A stretch of 64,000 bases of DNA from a bacterium (GCA_965248395.1 OZ252103.1:3127493-3191492); one strand, 5' to 3'; positions 38,687-48,829 are shown, numbered from the stretch's first letter. A program made the numbers and translations. Notes: generated by a model not told the origin, from the letters alone.

Positions 38687-39886
38687 ATGATCACACGCCT
38701 GTTCAACGGGTTGTACAACTGGCTCGATGATCGTGTCGAAATATCCATAGTCATCGATTTCTGCCGGCGCCAGTTGACCAAGCCCGTGCCCCGCCACCTC
38801 AACTGGTTGTTTTCGTTCGGGACGGTCACCCTGATGTTCTTTCTTTCCCAGGCCGTCACGGGCGTCCTCCTGATGATCTATTACGAAGCCTCCGCCGATT
38901 CGGCCTACGAAAGCGTCAAGTACATCATGGAACAGGTGCGATTCGGCTGGCTCATGCGCCAGATCCATTCCTATGGCGCCAACTTCATGATCGCCTTCCT
39001 GCTGCTGCATTCGGTCCGCGTTTTCTTCTACGGGGGATACAAGAAGCCCCGGGAGCTCACCTGGCTCTTTGGATTCGGCCTGCTGTTCGTGACCCTGGCC
39101 TTCGGTTTTACGGGTTACCTGCTGCCCTGGGACCAACTCTCCTACTGGGGCACGACCGTGGGTACGGAAATCGCCGCCGCGACCCCGGTCATCGGCGAGT
39201 ATCTCCTGATCCTCATGCGGGGCGGCGAGATCATTTCCGACGTAACGCTGACCCGCTTCTTCATGGTACACGTCGTTCTTCTGCCCTGGGTTTTCGTAGC
39301 CCTGGTGGCCGGACACCTGTTCCTCATCCGGTACAAGGGCATTTCGCCGCTCGAAGGCACGGACGTACGGGAGAAAACTCCGGAAGAACTCGGGAAAGCC
39401 GGCGGCCAACCCTTCTACCCCCATCATGTCATGAAAGAAGCCATCGTGGTGTTGCTGGTACTGGTCTCCATGATCCTCATGATCATCTACTACCCCCTGC
39501 CGCTGCACGAAAAGGCCGATCCATTCAACACGCCGCTCGGCGTCAAGCCGGAATGGTATTTCCTTTCTCCCTACCAGGCGCTGAAATACATGCCCAAAAC
39601 CATTGGCATCATCGGGTCCGGCCTGGTTGTCCTGGCCATATGCCTGCTGCCCTTCTGGGACAGGACACCCGCTCGCAGACCATCCCGCCGGCCCATTGCG
39701 ACGTCCCTCGGCATCCTCTTCGTCGTCCTGAACATCATGCTTGCGCTCCTTGGCAAGCTATCTGAATCGGAAATGACCATCATGGGCACGAGGTACCATT
39801 TCGACATTTACGGTTGGCCCCATGCCATCGCAACGGTCGAAGAATCACCACCCGCACTGGACAACGGCAGCGAGGGTACTGAATGA
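38687..39886 (+). CDS. Cytochrome b (b6 plus subunit-IV fused type) of the Rieske/cyt b complex
   Basis: It has 399 aa and multiple TM helices. The conserved cyt b N-terminal motif is NWLFSFGTVTLMFFLSQAVTGVLLM, with His ligands in helices B and D (..RQIHSYGANFMIAFLLLH.., ..HLFLI..). The PEWY-like PEWYFL motif is in the C-terminal part. Confidence 0.85.
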   Translation: MITRLFNGLYNWLDDRVEISIVIDFCRRQLTKPVPRHLNWLFSFGTVTLMFFLSQAVTGVLLMIYYEASADSAYESVKYIMEQVRFGWLMRQIHSYGANFMIAFLLLHSVRVFFYGGYKKPRELTWLFGFGLLFVTLAFGFTGYLLPWDQLSYWGTTVGTEIAAATPVIGEYLLILMRGGEIISDVTLTRFFMVHVVLLPWVFVALVAGHLFLIRYKGISPLEGTDVREKTPEELGKAGGQPFYPHHVMKEAIVVLLVLVSMILMIIYYPLPLHEKADPFNTPLGVKPEWYFLSPYQALKYMPKTIGIIGSGLVVLAICLLPFWDRTPARRPSRRPIATSLGILFVVLNIMLALLGKLSESEMTIMGTRYHFDIYGWPHAIATVEESPPALDNGSEGTE

Positions 39887-40779
39887 TCGGGCATATCCAT
39901 GCCGGGCATCAGGTTCGAGCAGGAGCGGGCAGGCCGGGAACGGCCCGAACGGCGGGAGATACCTTACGGGCGGCACTTGTCCTTCTGTTGTTCCTGGTCT
40001 TCCAGGTACCGCTGGTTCTCACCACGGAGGCGCAGCAGGCTGCGGCATCAAATGCCTGCGTAACCTGTCACGCCGACCTGGACGACGAGGACATGAGCTT
40101 GCCGGTGGCCGAATGGCAGCGAAGCGTGCACCTTCCCGCGGACATTGCCTGCCAGGACTGTCACGGAGGTAACCCTTCCACCACGGTGGAAGAGAAAGCG
40201 CACGATGTAGAAAAGGGGTTCGTGGGCTTGCCGGAACCGGATATCGTCCACGAACTATGCGGTAGCTGCCACCAGGTCCAGATGGACAACTACCTTCCCA
40301 GCCCCCATGGTATCGAGGGTGATTTCTGGCCCAACTGCGTGGACTGTCACAAGAACCATGAAGTGGTCTATCCCGAGGCTTCGCTTATTTCCATACCCGA
40401 TAACTGCGAAGATTGCCACGAACAGGAAACGATGGATGACTTCATTGCCCTTACCGGCCGGGGACTAGGGCCCGTCAACGGGTTCAGGCAGGCGGCGGAA
40501 GAAATCAGGTTATCCGGCGTCCCGGTCGACATGATCCTTGCCCGTGCAACCCTGGCGCGGGATGCCTATGTACAGGATGCTTCACACGTTTTTGTACTCG
40601 AGAAGATGATCGCCACCGTCGATTCGCTGGAACGGGTCTATCCACAAATACAAAAGGAAGTGGATACCGCGCGCACCGAGGTCGACACCCGGCGCAGATT
40701 CGGCTGGATGTTCATTGGCCTGTTCCTCTTGCTGGCGGGCGTAACATGGCTGTACCGTCGTTCACTGCCGGACGCCTGA
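39883..40779 (+). CDS. Pentaheme c-type cytochrome with a C-terminal TM anchor (the cytochrome c subunit of the Rieske/cyt b complex)
   Basis: There are five CxxCH motifs: CVTCH, CQDCH, CGSCH, CVDCH, CEDCH. The start overlaps the cyt b stop (ATGA). The C-terminus FGWMFIGLFLLLAGVTWLY is a TM helix. Confidence 0.8.
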   Translation: MIGHIHAGHQVRAGAGRPGTARTAGDTLRAALVLLLFLVFQVPLVLTTEAQQAAASNACVTCHADLDDEDMSLPVAEWQRSVHLPADIACQDCHGGNPSTTVEEKAHDVEKGFVGLPEPDIVHELCGSCHQVQMDNYLPSPHGIEGDFWPNCVDCHKNHEVVYPEASLISIPDNCEDCHEQETMDDFIALTGRGLGPVNGFRQAAEEIRLSGVPVDMILARATLARDAYVQDASHVFVLEKMIATVDSLERVYPQIQKEVDTARTEVDTRRRFGWMFIGLFLLLAGVTWLYRRSLPDA

Positions 40780-40870
40780 CCGTTCCGCCGTTCACCGCCG
40801 GACACCTGGCCGTTCCTTCCAGGCCGGCATGCCCGCAGAACCCCGGGTTCTGCGTGACCGGGATCTATCC

Positions 40871-43498
40871 ATGCACGCACGATTAATCCTATGCATCCTG
40901 ATTGCAGTCTCCGCCCCCGGTGCCGTCGCCGGTACCATCCAACCCGTGCCCGATGGCAAGGGAACGAGCACACTGGGCCAGGCGGTGCTTCGCCTGCCCG
41001 TCGTCGCCAGCATGCTGCATACCGGCGCCCATCCCGATGACGAAAACAGCGCGCTGGTCGCCTATGTAAGCCGTGGACTGCACGCGAGGACGGCTTACCT
41101 GTCCCTGAATAGAGGCGAAGGCGGACAGAACCTGATCGGTCCCGAACTGTACGATGCGATCGGTGTGATCCGGACGGAAGAACTGCTGAGCGCCCGCCGT
41201 TTCGACGGAGCGCAGCAGTTTTTTACCCGCGCCTACGATTTCGGTTTTTCCAAATCGGCCGAAGAAGCGCTGGACTACTGGAATCAGGATGAAATGCTCC
41301 TGGCGGACGTGGTGCGCGTTATTCGGCGCTTTCGCCCCGACGTGATCGTATCCGTCTTCGCCGATTCGCCACGCGACGGCCACGGCCAGCACCAGGCCTC
41401 CGGAAGGATTTCACGCGAGGCTTTTTACGCTGCCGCGGACCCGGATCGTTTTCCGGAACACCTGCGGGACGGGCTGCGTCCCTGGCAGGCCCGCAAACTG
41501 TACATCAACAATACGCGGGCCTCATTCGACAGCATCGATTCCCTGCTGGTCGACGTGGGAACCTACAGCCCCGTACTGGATCGATCGTTCCGTGAACTCG
41601 GGCTGGCCGGCCGCAGTATGCATCGCTCCCAGGACATGGGAACCCTCCAGCTGAAGGGGCCGGCGACCACCAAGATCAAGCTGGTCGCCCGGGCGGGAAT
41701 GGTGGATGTGGCCGGGGACGACCACCTGTTCGACGGCCTGGACACGACCTTTATGAGGCTCCACGTAATGGCCGGTCCGGAGGCTGGGAAAGTCCCCGGA
41801 TTCGCCGCGCGTCTCGGCCGATTAGACGCGCTGGCCCGTGAGGCCGTGGACGCGTACAGGCCGCTGGATCCTTCCCACTTGCTGGATCCGGTGCTGGAAG
41901 GCTTGCGGATAATCCGGTCTCTTCGGGAAGATCTCGTTCAGAGCGCGCTGCCGCGTAACGTCCTCGACGACATCCTCTTCCTTCTGGACTACAAGGAAGC
42001 AGACTTCACCAACGTGGCGGGTCTGGCCCTCGGCATGGCCTTCGAAGTACTGGCAGACGACGATCGGGTGGTACCGGGTGGCACGCTCGGGGTGAACCTG
42101 ACCTTGTTGAACCGCAGTTCAAAAACCGTAAACGTCACCAGCCTCGACCTGGACGTCCCGTCGGGATGGACAGCCACGGCCGACCCGGCCAGGGCCTCGG
42201 ACATCGGCTACAACGAAAGCGTGGAACGGCAATGGCAGGTATCCGTTCCTTCAGATGCCCGTCTCACCCGGCCCTATTGGTACCGCCGGTCTCTGAACGA
42301 CCCGCGCGTCGAAGTTGAAGACGAGTCGCTGATCGGACTGCCGTGGAGCCCCCAGGCCGTCGTAGGACGGGCCGGTTTCGTCGTGGACGGTGTCGACATC
42401 GAAATCCGGCAACCCGTGCAGCACCGTTTCGCGGACCGGGCCTTCGGGGAAATCCGACGTGAACTCCAGGCGGTGCCCGCCCTGTCGGTTACCCTTGAAC
42501 CGCAAGTCGTGGTCGCCTCCGAGGGACGGGGACGGCCCTTGCGGTTCAACGTAGCCGTGCTCTGCAACGTGAACGGGGGGATTGAAGGCGGGTTGCTGCT
42601 TGAAGCACCGGACGGATGGAAGGTTACCCCGTCCGGTGTCCCCTTGTCCTTCTCGGGAAAGGGACAGACTGCGACGTTTAACTACACGGTGACCCCCGAC
42701 CCTGCCTCGAGTGCGGGCGCCTACGAAGTGCGGGCGACGGCCAGGACCGCCGGCAACGACTATGGCGAAGGATACGAGGTAATCGCCTATCCCCATACCG
42801 AACCCAGGCACCTTTACCGGAAAGCGGCTTCAACCGTGCAGGTCGCCCGCGTCGATCTGCCGGAGAATCTGGCGGTGGGTTACATCATGGGTACCGGAGA
42901 CCAGGTTCCCATCACACTGGAACAGATGGGCCTCCGGGTGCGGCTGCTGTCGGAGGAGGATCTCGCGACGGCCGATCTGGGAGTCTTCGACCTGATCATC
43001 GCGGGTATTCGCGCCTACGAAGTCCGGGAAGACCTCGTCGCCGTGAATCAGCGCCTGCTGAATTACGTAGAAGCCGGGGGGATCTATATCGTCCAGTACA
43101 ACAAGTATGCCTTCAACAGGGACCGCTACGGTCCCTATCCCTTCCGTATAAACCGCCCCCATGACCGGGTTACGCGGGAAGACGCTCCGGTGGAGATTCT
43201 CGTTCCGGATCATCCCGTCTTCACCAGGCCCAACCGAATCACCGCGGCGGACTTCGACGGGTGGATCCAGGAACGCGGCCTCTATTTCCTGGGAGAATGG
43301 GACCCCCGCTACACACCGCTCATGGCTTCGCAGGATCCGGGAGAAACGCCCAAGGAAGGCGGTCTCGTCGAAGCCCGATATGGCGAGGGCCGCTATATCT
43401 ACACGGGCTATGCCTGGTTTCGCCAGTTACCGGCGGGCGTACCGGGAGCGGTGAGACTGTTCGCCAACCTGATCAGCCTGGCGGAAAAGAACAGGTAA
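40871..43498 (+). CDS. Secreted multidomain protein: N-terminal PIG-L/LmbE-family deacetylase domain, central beta-sandwich repeats, and a C-terminal ThuA/class-I glutamine-amidotransferase-like domain
   Basis: Signal peptide. LmbE motifs are HTGAHPDDEN and SRDGHGQH. The central repeats have the ..APDGWKVTPS.. pattern. The C-terminus DLIIAGIRAYEV...AGGIYIVQYN is ThuA/GATase1-like. Confidence 0.65.
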   Translation: MHARLILCILIAVSAPGAVAGTIQPVPDGKGTSTLGQAVLRLPVVASMLHTGAHPDDENSALVAYVSRGLHARTAYLSLNRGEGGQNLIGPELYDAIGVIRTEELLSARRFDGAQQFFTRAYDFGFSKSAEEALDYWNQDEMLLADVVRVIRRFRPDVIVSVFADSPRDGHGQHQASGRISREAFYAAADPDRFPEHLRDGLRPWQARKLYINNTRASFDSIDSLLVDVGTYSPVLDRSFRELGLAGRSMHRSQDMGTLQLKGPATTKIKLVARAGMVDVAGDDHLFDGLDTTFMRLHVMAGPEAGKVPGFAARLGRLDALAREAVDAYRPLDPSHLLDPVLEGLRIIRSLREDLVQSALPRNVLDDILFLLDYKEADFTNVAGLALGMAFEVLADDDRVVPGGTLGVNLTLLNRSSKTVNVTSLDLDVPSGWTATADPARASDIGYNESVERQWQVSVPSDARLTRPYWYRRSLNDPRVEVEDESLIGLPWSPQAVVGRAGFVVDGVDIEIRQPVQHRFADRAFGEIRRELQAVPALSVTLEPQVVVASEGRGRPLRFNVAVLCNVNGGIEGGLLLEAPDGWKVTPSGVPLSFSGKGQTATFNYTVTPDPASSAGAYEVRATARTAGNDYGEGYEVIAYPHTEPRHLYRKAASTVQVARVDLPENLAVGYIMGTGDQVPITLEQMGLRVRLLSEEDLATADLGVFDLIIAGIRAYEVREDLVAVNQRLLNYVEAGGIYIVQYNKYAFNRDRYGPYPFRINRPHDRVTREDAPVEILVPDHPVFTRPNRITAADFDGWIQERGLYFLGEWDPRYTPLMASQDPGETPKEGGLVEARYGEGRYIYTGYAWFRQLPAGVPGAVRLFANLISLAEKNR

Positions 43499-43613
43499 TC
43501 CTGAAACGACCGGAACCAACGCCGGTAGTTGGTCTCGGGCGGAATAAACACCGAAAGGTGGTCGCGGGAGTCGCCTCGGCGGGACGTCACGTCAACCCTG
43601 GATGCTGGAAGCG

Positions 43614-44552
43614 CTACCGGGGCACCTCCGTACGCCATTCGGGAAAACGTCCGTCAATTCCCCGGATCAGGTCGTTATAGGCTACGCGGAACTGTTGCGT
43701 GACGGGACCGATGGACCCTTCCCCGATGTCGTAGTGGTCTATGGAAGAAACGGGCTTCACCTCGGCGCCCGTCCCGCACAGGAACACCTCGTCGGCCGTG
43801 TAAAGTTCCGTACGGTCGATCTCCCGTTCTACGACGGGCATCTCTATGATGTCCCGCCCGATCCTCAGCACGGTATCCCGGGTGACGCTTACCAGGATGT
43901 CGCTCGTTACCGGCGGAGTAAGCAGGACGCCGTCCTGGATCATCATCAGGCAGGCGCCGGGCGCCTCGCAGACCTTGCCGCGGTTGTTCAGCATGATCGT
44001 CTCGTCGAAACCCTGGAGCGTGGCTTCGGTCCAGGCAATGGCGCTGTTGCGGTAGTTGGCCCAGCACTTGATGCGCGCCGGCAGCGTGTTGTCCGATATG
44101 CGGGTCCAGGAACTGACGGAACTTTTGGCGCCGTCTTTTCTGCGCAGGTTGGAGTCGTAGGGGAAGGTATGCACGTAGACGTGGGCCGGACCGGTCATCC
44201 GGTTGAGATACACGTCGGGAGAGAAATAAACGGTCGGGAATACGTAGACGTCCTGCTGGTACCCGTGGACCTTGCATAGCTCGAGGGAGCCGTTCCACAC
44301 GTCCTCCAGCGTATACGGTGTTTCCATCCGCATCAGCTTGATCGACCGGTACAGGCGTTTCAGATGATCTTCCAGACGGAAGACGAAGAGTTTTTCCTGG
44401 TCGTCGTTCCAGTAAGCCCGTATCCCTTCAAATATGGCGTGGGCGAAGATGTGACCCTGGGTAACGTGAAGCGTACCCTGGTCCCAGGGGATCTGCTCCC
44501 CGTCCAGCCAGATGTAAAGGGAATGATCCTCACCCCACATTTTCTTGGCCAT
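43614..44552 (-). CDS. ilvE: Branched-chain-amino-acid aminotransferase (class IV PLP enzyme)
   Basis: Fold-type IV motifs are present (..HAIFEGIRAY.., ..ARIKCWANYRNS.., EVFLCGTGAEV). Start taken at MAKKMWGE. Confidence 0.8.
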   Translation of the reverse strand: MAKKMWGEDHSLYIWLDGEQIPWDQGTLHVTQGHIFAHAIFEGIRAYWNDDQEKLFVFRLEDHLKRLYRSIKLMRMETPYTLEDVWNGSLELCKVHGYQQDVYVFPTVYFSPDVYLNRMTGPAHVYVHTFPYDSNLRRKDGAKSSVSSWTRISDNTLPARIKCWANYRNSAIAWTEATLQGFDETIMLNNRGKVCEAPGACLMMIQDGVLLTPPVTSDILVSVTRDTVLRIGRDIIEMPVVEREIDRTELYTADEVFLCGTGAEVKPVSSIDHYDIGEGSIGPVTQQFRVAYNDLIRGIDGRFPEWRTEVPR

Positions 44553-44624
44553 ACCCGTGCTCCTTCGATGAGTTGTTTCGTGATCCAAGCCGTCCCGTTG
44601 AATAAAAAGTCCGTCCAAATCCGC

Positions 44625-45185
44625 CTACGCCCTGTCCGGTTCCAGCCGGTCTGGAACGTCTTCCTTCTGCGCCTCCTCCAGACGCTCTCGCCAGGTAAAT
44701 TCGTCGAGCCGTAACACATCCACCTGCCGGCAGGCCATGCACCACTGCAGGATCAGCGGTTCATCCTCCCTGGAGACCGTGCGTATCGCCACCCAGAACT
44801 CCACGCCATGGGGACAGCCCACCCAGGTCCTCTGAAACTCGGGGAGGATGTGATGGATCTTGTCATCCGGGGGCGTCAGGCCGATTACGGACTCGTCATA
44901 CGGACGGATGGGCACGGACTGCGATCCTTGAAGAGGGACGTTGGAGGGATGTGGAATCCTGAGTACTTTATAGACCGGGACCGCGATCGTGTCAAGGGAT
45001 ATCCCGTTTCGTCCCAACGGTCCATATCCGTGTCGCGTCACCAGGCGCCACGGTATCGAGAGACCGTGCATGGACACCAACGCAAAGCAGCCACGGAGGC
45101 TGGGAAAACCACCGGATTCACCTTGACCGCCAGCGCGGCAACGGGTTATTCTAACCAGCGTAAACAGGCCGCGTTCCCCAAACAA
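44625..45185 (-). CDS. Hypothetical protein (no family recognised)
   Basis: An ORF in a compact gene array. Features seen are CPHGVEF ... CMAC. The true start may be internal (MHGLSIPW...). Confidence 0.35.
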   Translation of the reverse strand: MFGERGLFTLVRITRCRAGGQGESGGFPSLRGCFALVSMHGLSIPWRLVTRHGYGPLGRNGISLDTIAVPVYKVLRIPHPSNVPLQGSQSVPIRPYDESVIGLTPPDDKIHHILPEFQRTWVGCPHGVEFWVAIRTVSREDEPLILQWCMACRQVDVLRLDEFTWRERLEEAQKEDVPDRLEPDRA

Positions 45186-45202
45186 AACTACCAGGAGCTA
45201 TC

Positions 45203-46171
45203 ATGGTCCACCACTTCGAACCCACCCGGTATCAAACCACCATCGGGTCTCATGAACCGGCCCTTTACGTGAAAGACGGGGATACCGTCAACACGTCGAC
45301 AGTCGACGCAAGGGGGAAGGATCGTACAGACACGCCCGTGACACCCCCCGGCAACCCGCAAACGGGACCCTTTCACGTCGAAGGCGCCGAGCCGGGCGAC
45401 ACGCTCGCCGTCCACCTGGACAGACTGACGCCCAATCGTCAATACGGATGGACCCGGCCCCTCGTGGCGGCTAACGTGCTCGATCCCGATTACGTTCGGA
45501 CAACCGCCGGAGAAATCGAGAACCCGGATGACCTCTGCCGGTGGGAGATGGATCTGGACCGGCGTACGGTGACGCTGGTCGAACCCGGCAACACTCGTCT
45601 TGGGCGGCTGACCCTTCCCATGGCGCCCATGACGGGTTGTTTCGGGGTGGCGCCGCACGGAGGCCAGGCGATCTCCACGGCCACGTCTTCCAGTCACGGC
45701 GGAAACATGGACTACCGCGGATTCGTGGAAGGGGTCACCGTGTACTTCCCCGTGTTCGCTTCCGGGGCCCTGTTTCACATCGGCGACGGCCACGCCTTGC
45801 AGGGTGACGGGGAAATCGTCGGCACGGGTATCGAGATCTCCTTCGACGTGCAGTTTACTTTTCGCCTGCTCAAGGAGAAGCACAGCGCGTGGCCCCGGGG
45901 AGAAAACGAGGACTACCTGTTCACGGCCGGCAACGCCCGGCCCCTCGACCAGTGCGTCCAGCACGCGACCACGGAGATGCTGCGCTGGCTGCAGGCCGAC
46001 TACGGCCTCGATCCCAGGCCGGCCCACACCCTCCTCGGCCAATGCGTCGAGTACGACATGGGCAACGTGTTCGATCCCGCGTACACCATGGTGTGCAAGA
46101 TCAGGAAAGATCTTCTCGAAGGCCTGGGCATCGACACCCGTTCGATACACGCCGAGTTGACCGGAAAATGA
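45203..46171 (+). CDS. Acetamidase/formamidase (FmdA_AmdA) family amidohydrolase
   Basis: GPFHVEGAEPGDTLAVHL, ..HGGNMDYRGF.. and GDGHALQGDGEIVGTGIE motifs are typical of the family. Confidence 0.75.
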   Translation: MVHHFEPTRYQTTIGSHEPALYVKDGDTVNTSTVDARGKDRTDTPVTPPGNPQTGPFHVEGAEPGDTLAVHLDRLTPNRQYGWTRPLVAANVLDPDYVRTTAGEIENPDDLCRWEMDLDRRTVTLVEPGNTRLGRLTLPMAPMTGCFGVAPHGGQAISTATSSSHGGNMDYRGFVEGVTVYFPVFASGALFHIGDGHALQGDGEIVGTGIEISFDVQFTFRLLKEKHSAWPRGENEDYLFTAGNARPLDQCVQHATTEMLRWLQADYGLDPRPAHTLLGQCVEYDMGNVFDPAYTMVCKIRKDLLEGLGIDTRSIHAELTGK

Positions 46172-46186
46172 TCAACATCTCACGGA

Positions 46187-46948
46187 ATGGAGACCGTCAT
46201 GAATAGACTTGAGGGACACGTGGCCTGGGTTACAGGCGCGGGAACCGGCATCGGACGCGGCATCGCCCTGGCCCTGGCCCGTGAAGGGGTGGACGTGGTC
46301 CTTTCCAGCAGGCGGCGCGAGCCCCTCGAAGAGGTCGCCGCGGAGGTTGAGGCCGCCGGCCGGAGGGTGGTGGCAGCCCCGCTGGACGTGACCGACCGGG
46401 AACAGATCGACGAAGCGGTCGCACGGGCAACAGAACAGTTGGGCCCCGTCTCGATCCTGGTGAACAACGCGGGCGTCAATACGCCCCTTCGTACCGCCAC
46501 CGAGATGGCGGTGGAGGACTGGGATCTCGTGGTGGACATCAATCTCACGGGCGCGTTCAATTGTTTTCGCGCGGTTTTCGGACGCATGAAGGAAAGGGGA
46601 GAAGGCACCGTGATCAACGTCGCTTCCATGGCCGGACGCCAGGTGTCCCTGCTCGGCGGGGCCGCCTACTGCGCGTCCAAGCACGGCATGGTGTCGCTGA
46701 CCCATTCGATCAACCTGGAAGCCGCCGAGTTCGGGCTCCGCGCCTGTGCCATCCTGCCGGGCGAGGTGAAAACACCCATCCTTAAGAACAGGCCGCAGCC
46801 GGTATCCGAAAAACGCCTGTCCCTGATGCTTACACCGGAAGATATCGCGGCCACGGTCGTATTCGTCACATGCCTGCCGCCCCGCGTGGTCATACCCGAA
46901 ATGTGGGTCATGCCCGCCTACCAGGTTTCGGCTCAGCCACTGCCGTAA
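46187..46948 (+). CDS. SDR-family short-chain dehydrogenase/reductase
   Basis: TGAGTGIGRGIA cofactor-binding motif, NNAG, and catalytic YCASKHG. Confidence 0.85.
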   Translation: METVMNRLEGHVAWVTGAGTGIGRGIALALAREGVDVVLSSRRREPLEEVAAEVEAAGRRVVAAPLDVTDREQIDEAVARATEQLGPVSILVNNAGVNTPLRTATEMAVEDWDLVVDINLTGAFNCFRAVFGRMKERGEGTVINVASMAGRQVSLLGGAAYCASKHGMVSLTHSINLEAAEFGLRACAILPGEVKTPILKNRPQPVSEKRLSLMLTPEDIAATVVFVTCLPPRVVIPEMWVMPAYQVSAQPLP

Positions 46949-47008
46949 AATCGCCGCGGGGACGCGATTCAAGGTCTCACCAGGAGACTTGGCCACCCTG
47001 TTTAGCGA

Positions 47009-47037
47009 TTGACAGAAAGGGGTCAGGGGCGTACTTT
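47009..47037 (+). promoter_or_regulatory. Sigma70-like promoter candidate (TTGACA-17-TACTTT) upstream of the first sigma54 activator gene
   Basis: ttgaca gaaaggggtcaggggcg tacttt, about 135 nt upstream of the ATG at 47174. Confidence 0.3.
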
Positions 47038-47173
47038 CGAGTCAATGGCGAATCAGCAGGGTCCCCGTTACAGAGGCTCAAAGTCGAGCAGGTGGCATGA
47101 CTTCGCCGTGCCCGAAGCATCGTCCTGATTTGAAGACGCGTCGACCTGTCCCGTGCCTACCAATCCTGAAACC

Positions 47174-48829
47174 ATGGACGTACAGACAGAAACCGCCATC
47201 CTGCTGGTTGAAGACTCCTCCCGCGGCCGTGATGAGAAGCACTACGGCCTGACTCAGCGCGGTTACCGCGTGATCGCCGTGGAAAACAGCGACCACGCCC
47301 TCAACGTTCTGGCCGCGGAACCCACGAACGTCATCATATCGGACCTCAACGCGCCCGGAATCGACGGGCTGCGCCTGATGAGCGTCGCACTCGGCAGGAA
47401 TCCCGAGGTCGGCGTCATCCTGATGACCGAACCCGGTTCCATGGATCTTGCCGTCGCCGCCATGAAGGAGGGGGCATACGATGTGCTGGAAAAACCCGTG
47501 TACGTGGAGAAGCTCGCGGCGGAAATCGACAAGATCCAGGAGCGGCAGCGCATCGTGCAGGAGAACCGAAAACTGCTGCACCAGCTGGACTCCCGCTACG
47601 GATTCGAGAATATCGTGGGCCGGTCCGCGTCCATGCAGCGCATACGGGAACAGATCCTCCAGATCGCGGATACCCAGTCGACAGTGCTGATTTTCGGTGA
47701 AAGCGGTACGGGCAAGGAACTGGTGGCCCACGCTTTACATCAAAGCAGTTCACGGAGAGACAAGTCCTTCGTGCCGGTCTTCTGCAACGCCCTCTCGGAA
47801 GGGGTGATCGAAAGCGAACTGTTCGGACACGAAAGAGGAGCATTCACGAACGCGGTCAAGACGTACAAGGGGCGGTTCGAACTGGCCGACGGAGGCACCC
47901 TTTTTCTCGACGAAGTCGGCGAACTGTCGCCGTCCACGCAGGTGAAACTGCTGCGGGTCCTGCAGGAACGCAAGTTCCAGCGCGTGGGAAGCACGCACTG
48001 GCTCAGGACGAACACCCGGGTCATCGCGGCGACGAACCGCGACCTGGAAGCCGAAATCGAAAAGGGACGTTTCCGCGAAGACCTGTATTACCGGCTCCGG
48101 GTAGTGACCCTTTCGCTCCCGCTTCTTCGAGAACGGAAGGAAGACCTTTCCCTGCTGATCGACCACTGCATCCGTCGGTTCAGCGAACGGGAAAACAAGC
48201 GGATCGAGCGCATCGACCAGCGGGCCCTGGAGTTGCTGTCGACCTACCACTGGCCCGGAAACGTCCGGCAGCTCGAAAACTGCATCGAGGGCATGATCGT
48301 CATGGGGGCCGGAGAAACGTTGACGGTGGCGGATGTCCCCGAGTTCGTTCGGCATACCCAGCCGGAACCGCTTTCGGTCGCCTTGAACGACGGTCCGGAG
48401 CAACATGACGGCATGTCGCCTGATTTTATCCGGTACCTGGCCATGAAGGTCGCCGAACAACGAAACGTGCCCGTCAGAAGCGTCACCGACGGGGCGCTGT
48501 CCATCCTGGCCGCCGTCGACTGGTCGAAGGATGGCGGATCGCTGCGCCGGTGCCTGGAAACCATGGTATTGCTCGCCGATGGTTCCGGGCTGGACGTGGA
48601 GGACATCCCGGCGGAATTCCTGCCCGACCTGTCGAACAAATCCGGGGAAGACGAGGAGGACGACGACGGCGTGGACATCCGCGTCGGCATGTCGATGAAG
48701 GAAAGCGAACGAAGGCTGATCGCCGCGACCCTGGCCGCGTGCGGACAGAACAAGGCGCGGACCGCCCGGGTACTTCAGATCGGCCAGAGAACCCTGTTTC
48801 GGAAAATCAAGACCTATCACCTGGAGTAG
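47174..48829 (+). CDS. Sigma54-dependent response regulator (NtrC/Fis family: receiver, AAA+ sigma54-activator and HTH domains)
   Basis: The receiver has a phospho-acceptor Asp (IISDLNAPGIDG). The AAA+ domain has GESGTGKE, GAFTNA and the GAFTGA-like region. C-terminal Fis-type HTH. Start at MDVQTE. Confidence 0.85.
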   Translation: MDVQTETAILLVEDSSRGRDEKHYGLTQRGYRVIAVENSDHALNVLAAEPTNVIISDLNAPGIDGLRLMSVALGRNPEVGVILMTEPGSMDLAVAAMKEGAYDVLEKPVYVEKLAAEIDKIQERQRIVQENRKLLHQLDSRYGFENIVGRSASMQRIREQILQIADTQSTVLIFGESGTGKELVAHALHQSSSRRDKSFVPVFCNALSEGVIESELFGHERGAFTNAVKTYKGRFELADGGTLFLDEVGELSPSTQVKLLRVLQERKFQRVGSTHWLRTNTRVIAATNRDLEAEIEKGRFREDLYYRLRVVTLSLPLLRERKEDLSLLIDHCIRRFSERENKRIERIDQRALELLSTYHWPGNVRQLENCIEGMIVMGAGETLTVADVPEFVRHTQPEPLSVALNDGPEQHDGMSPDFIRYLAMKVAEQRNVPVRSVTDGALSILAAVDWSKDGGSLRRCLETMVLLADGSGLDVEDIPAEFLPDLSNKSGEDEEDDDGVDIRVGMSMKESERRLIAATLAACGQNKARTARVLQIGQRTLFRKIKTYHLE

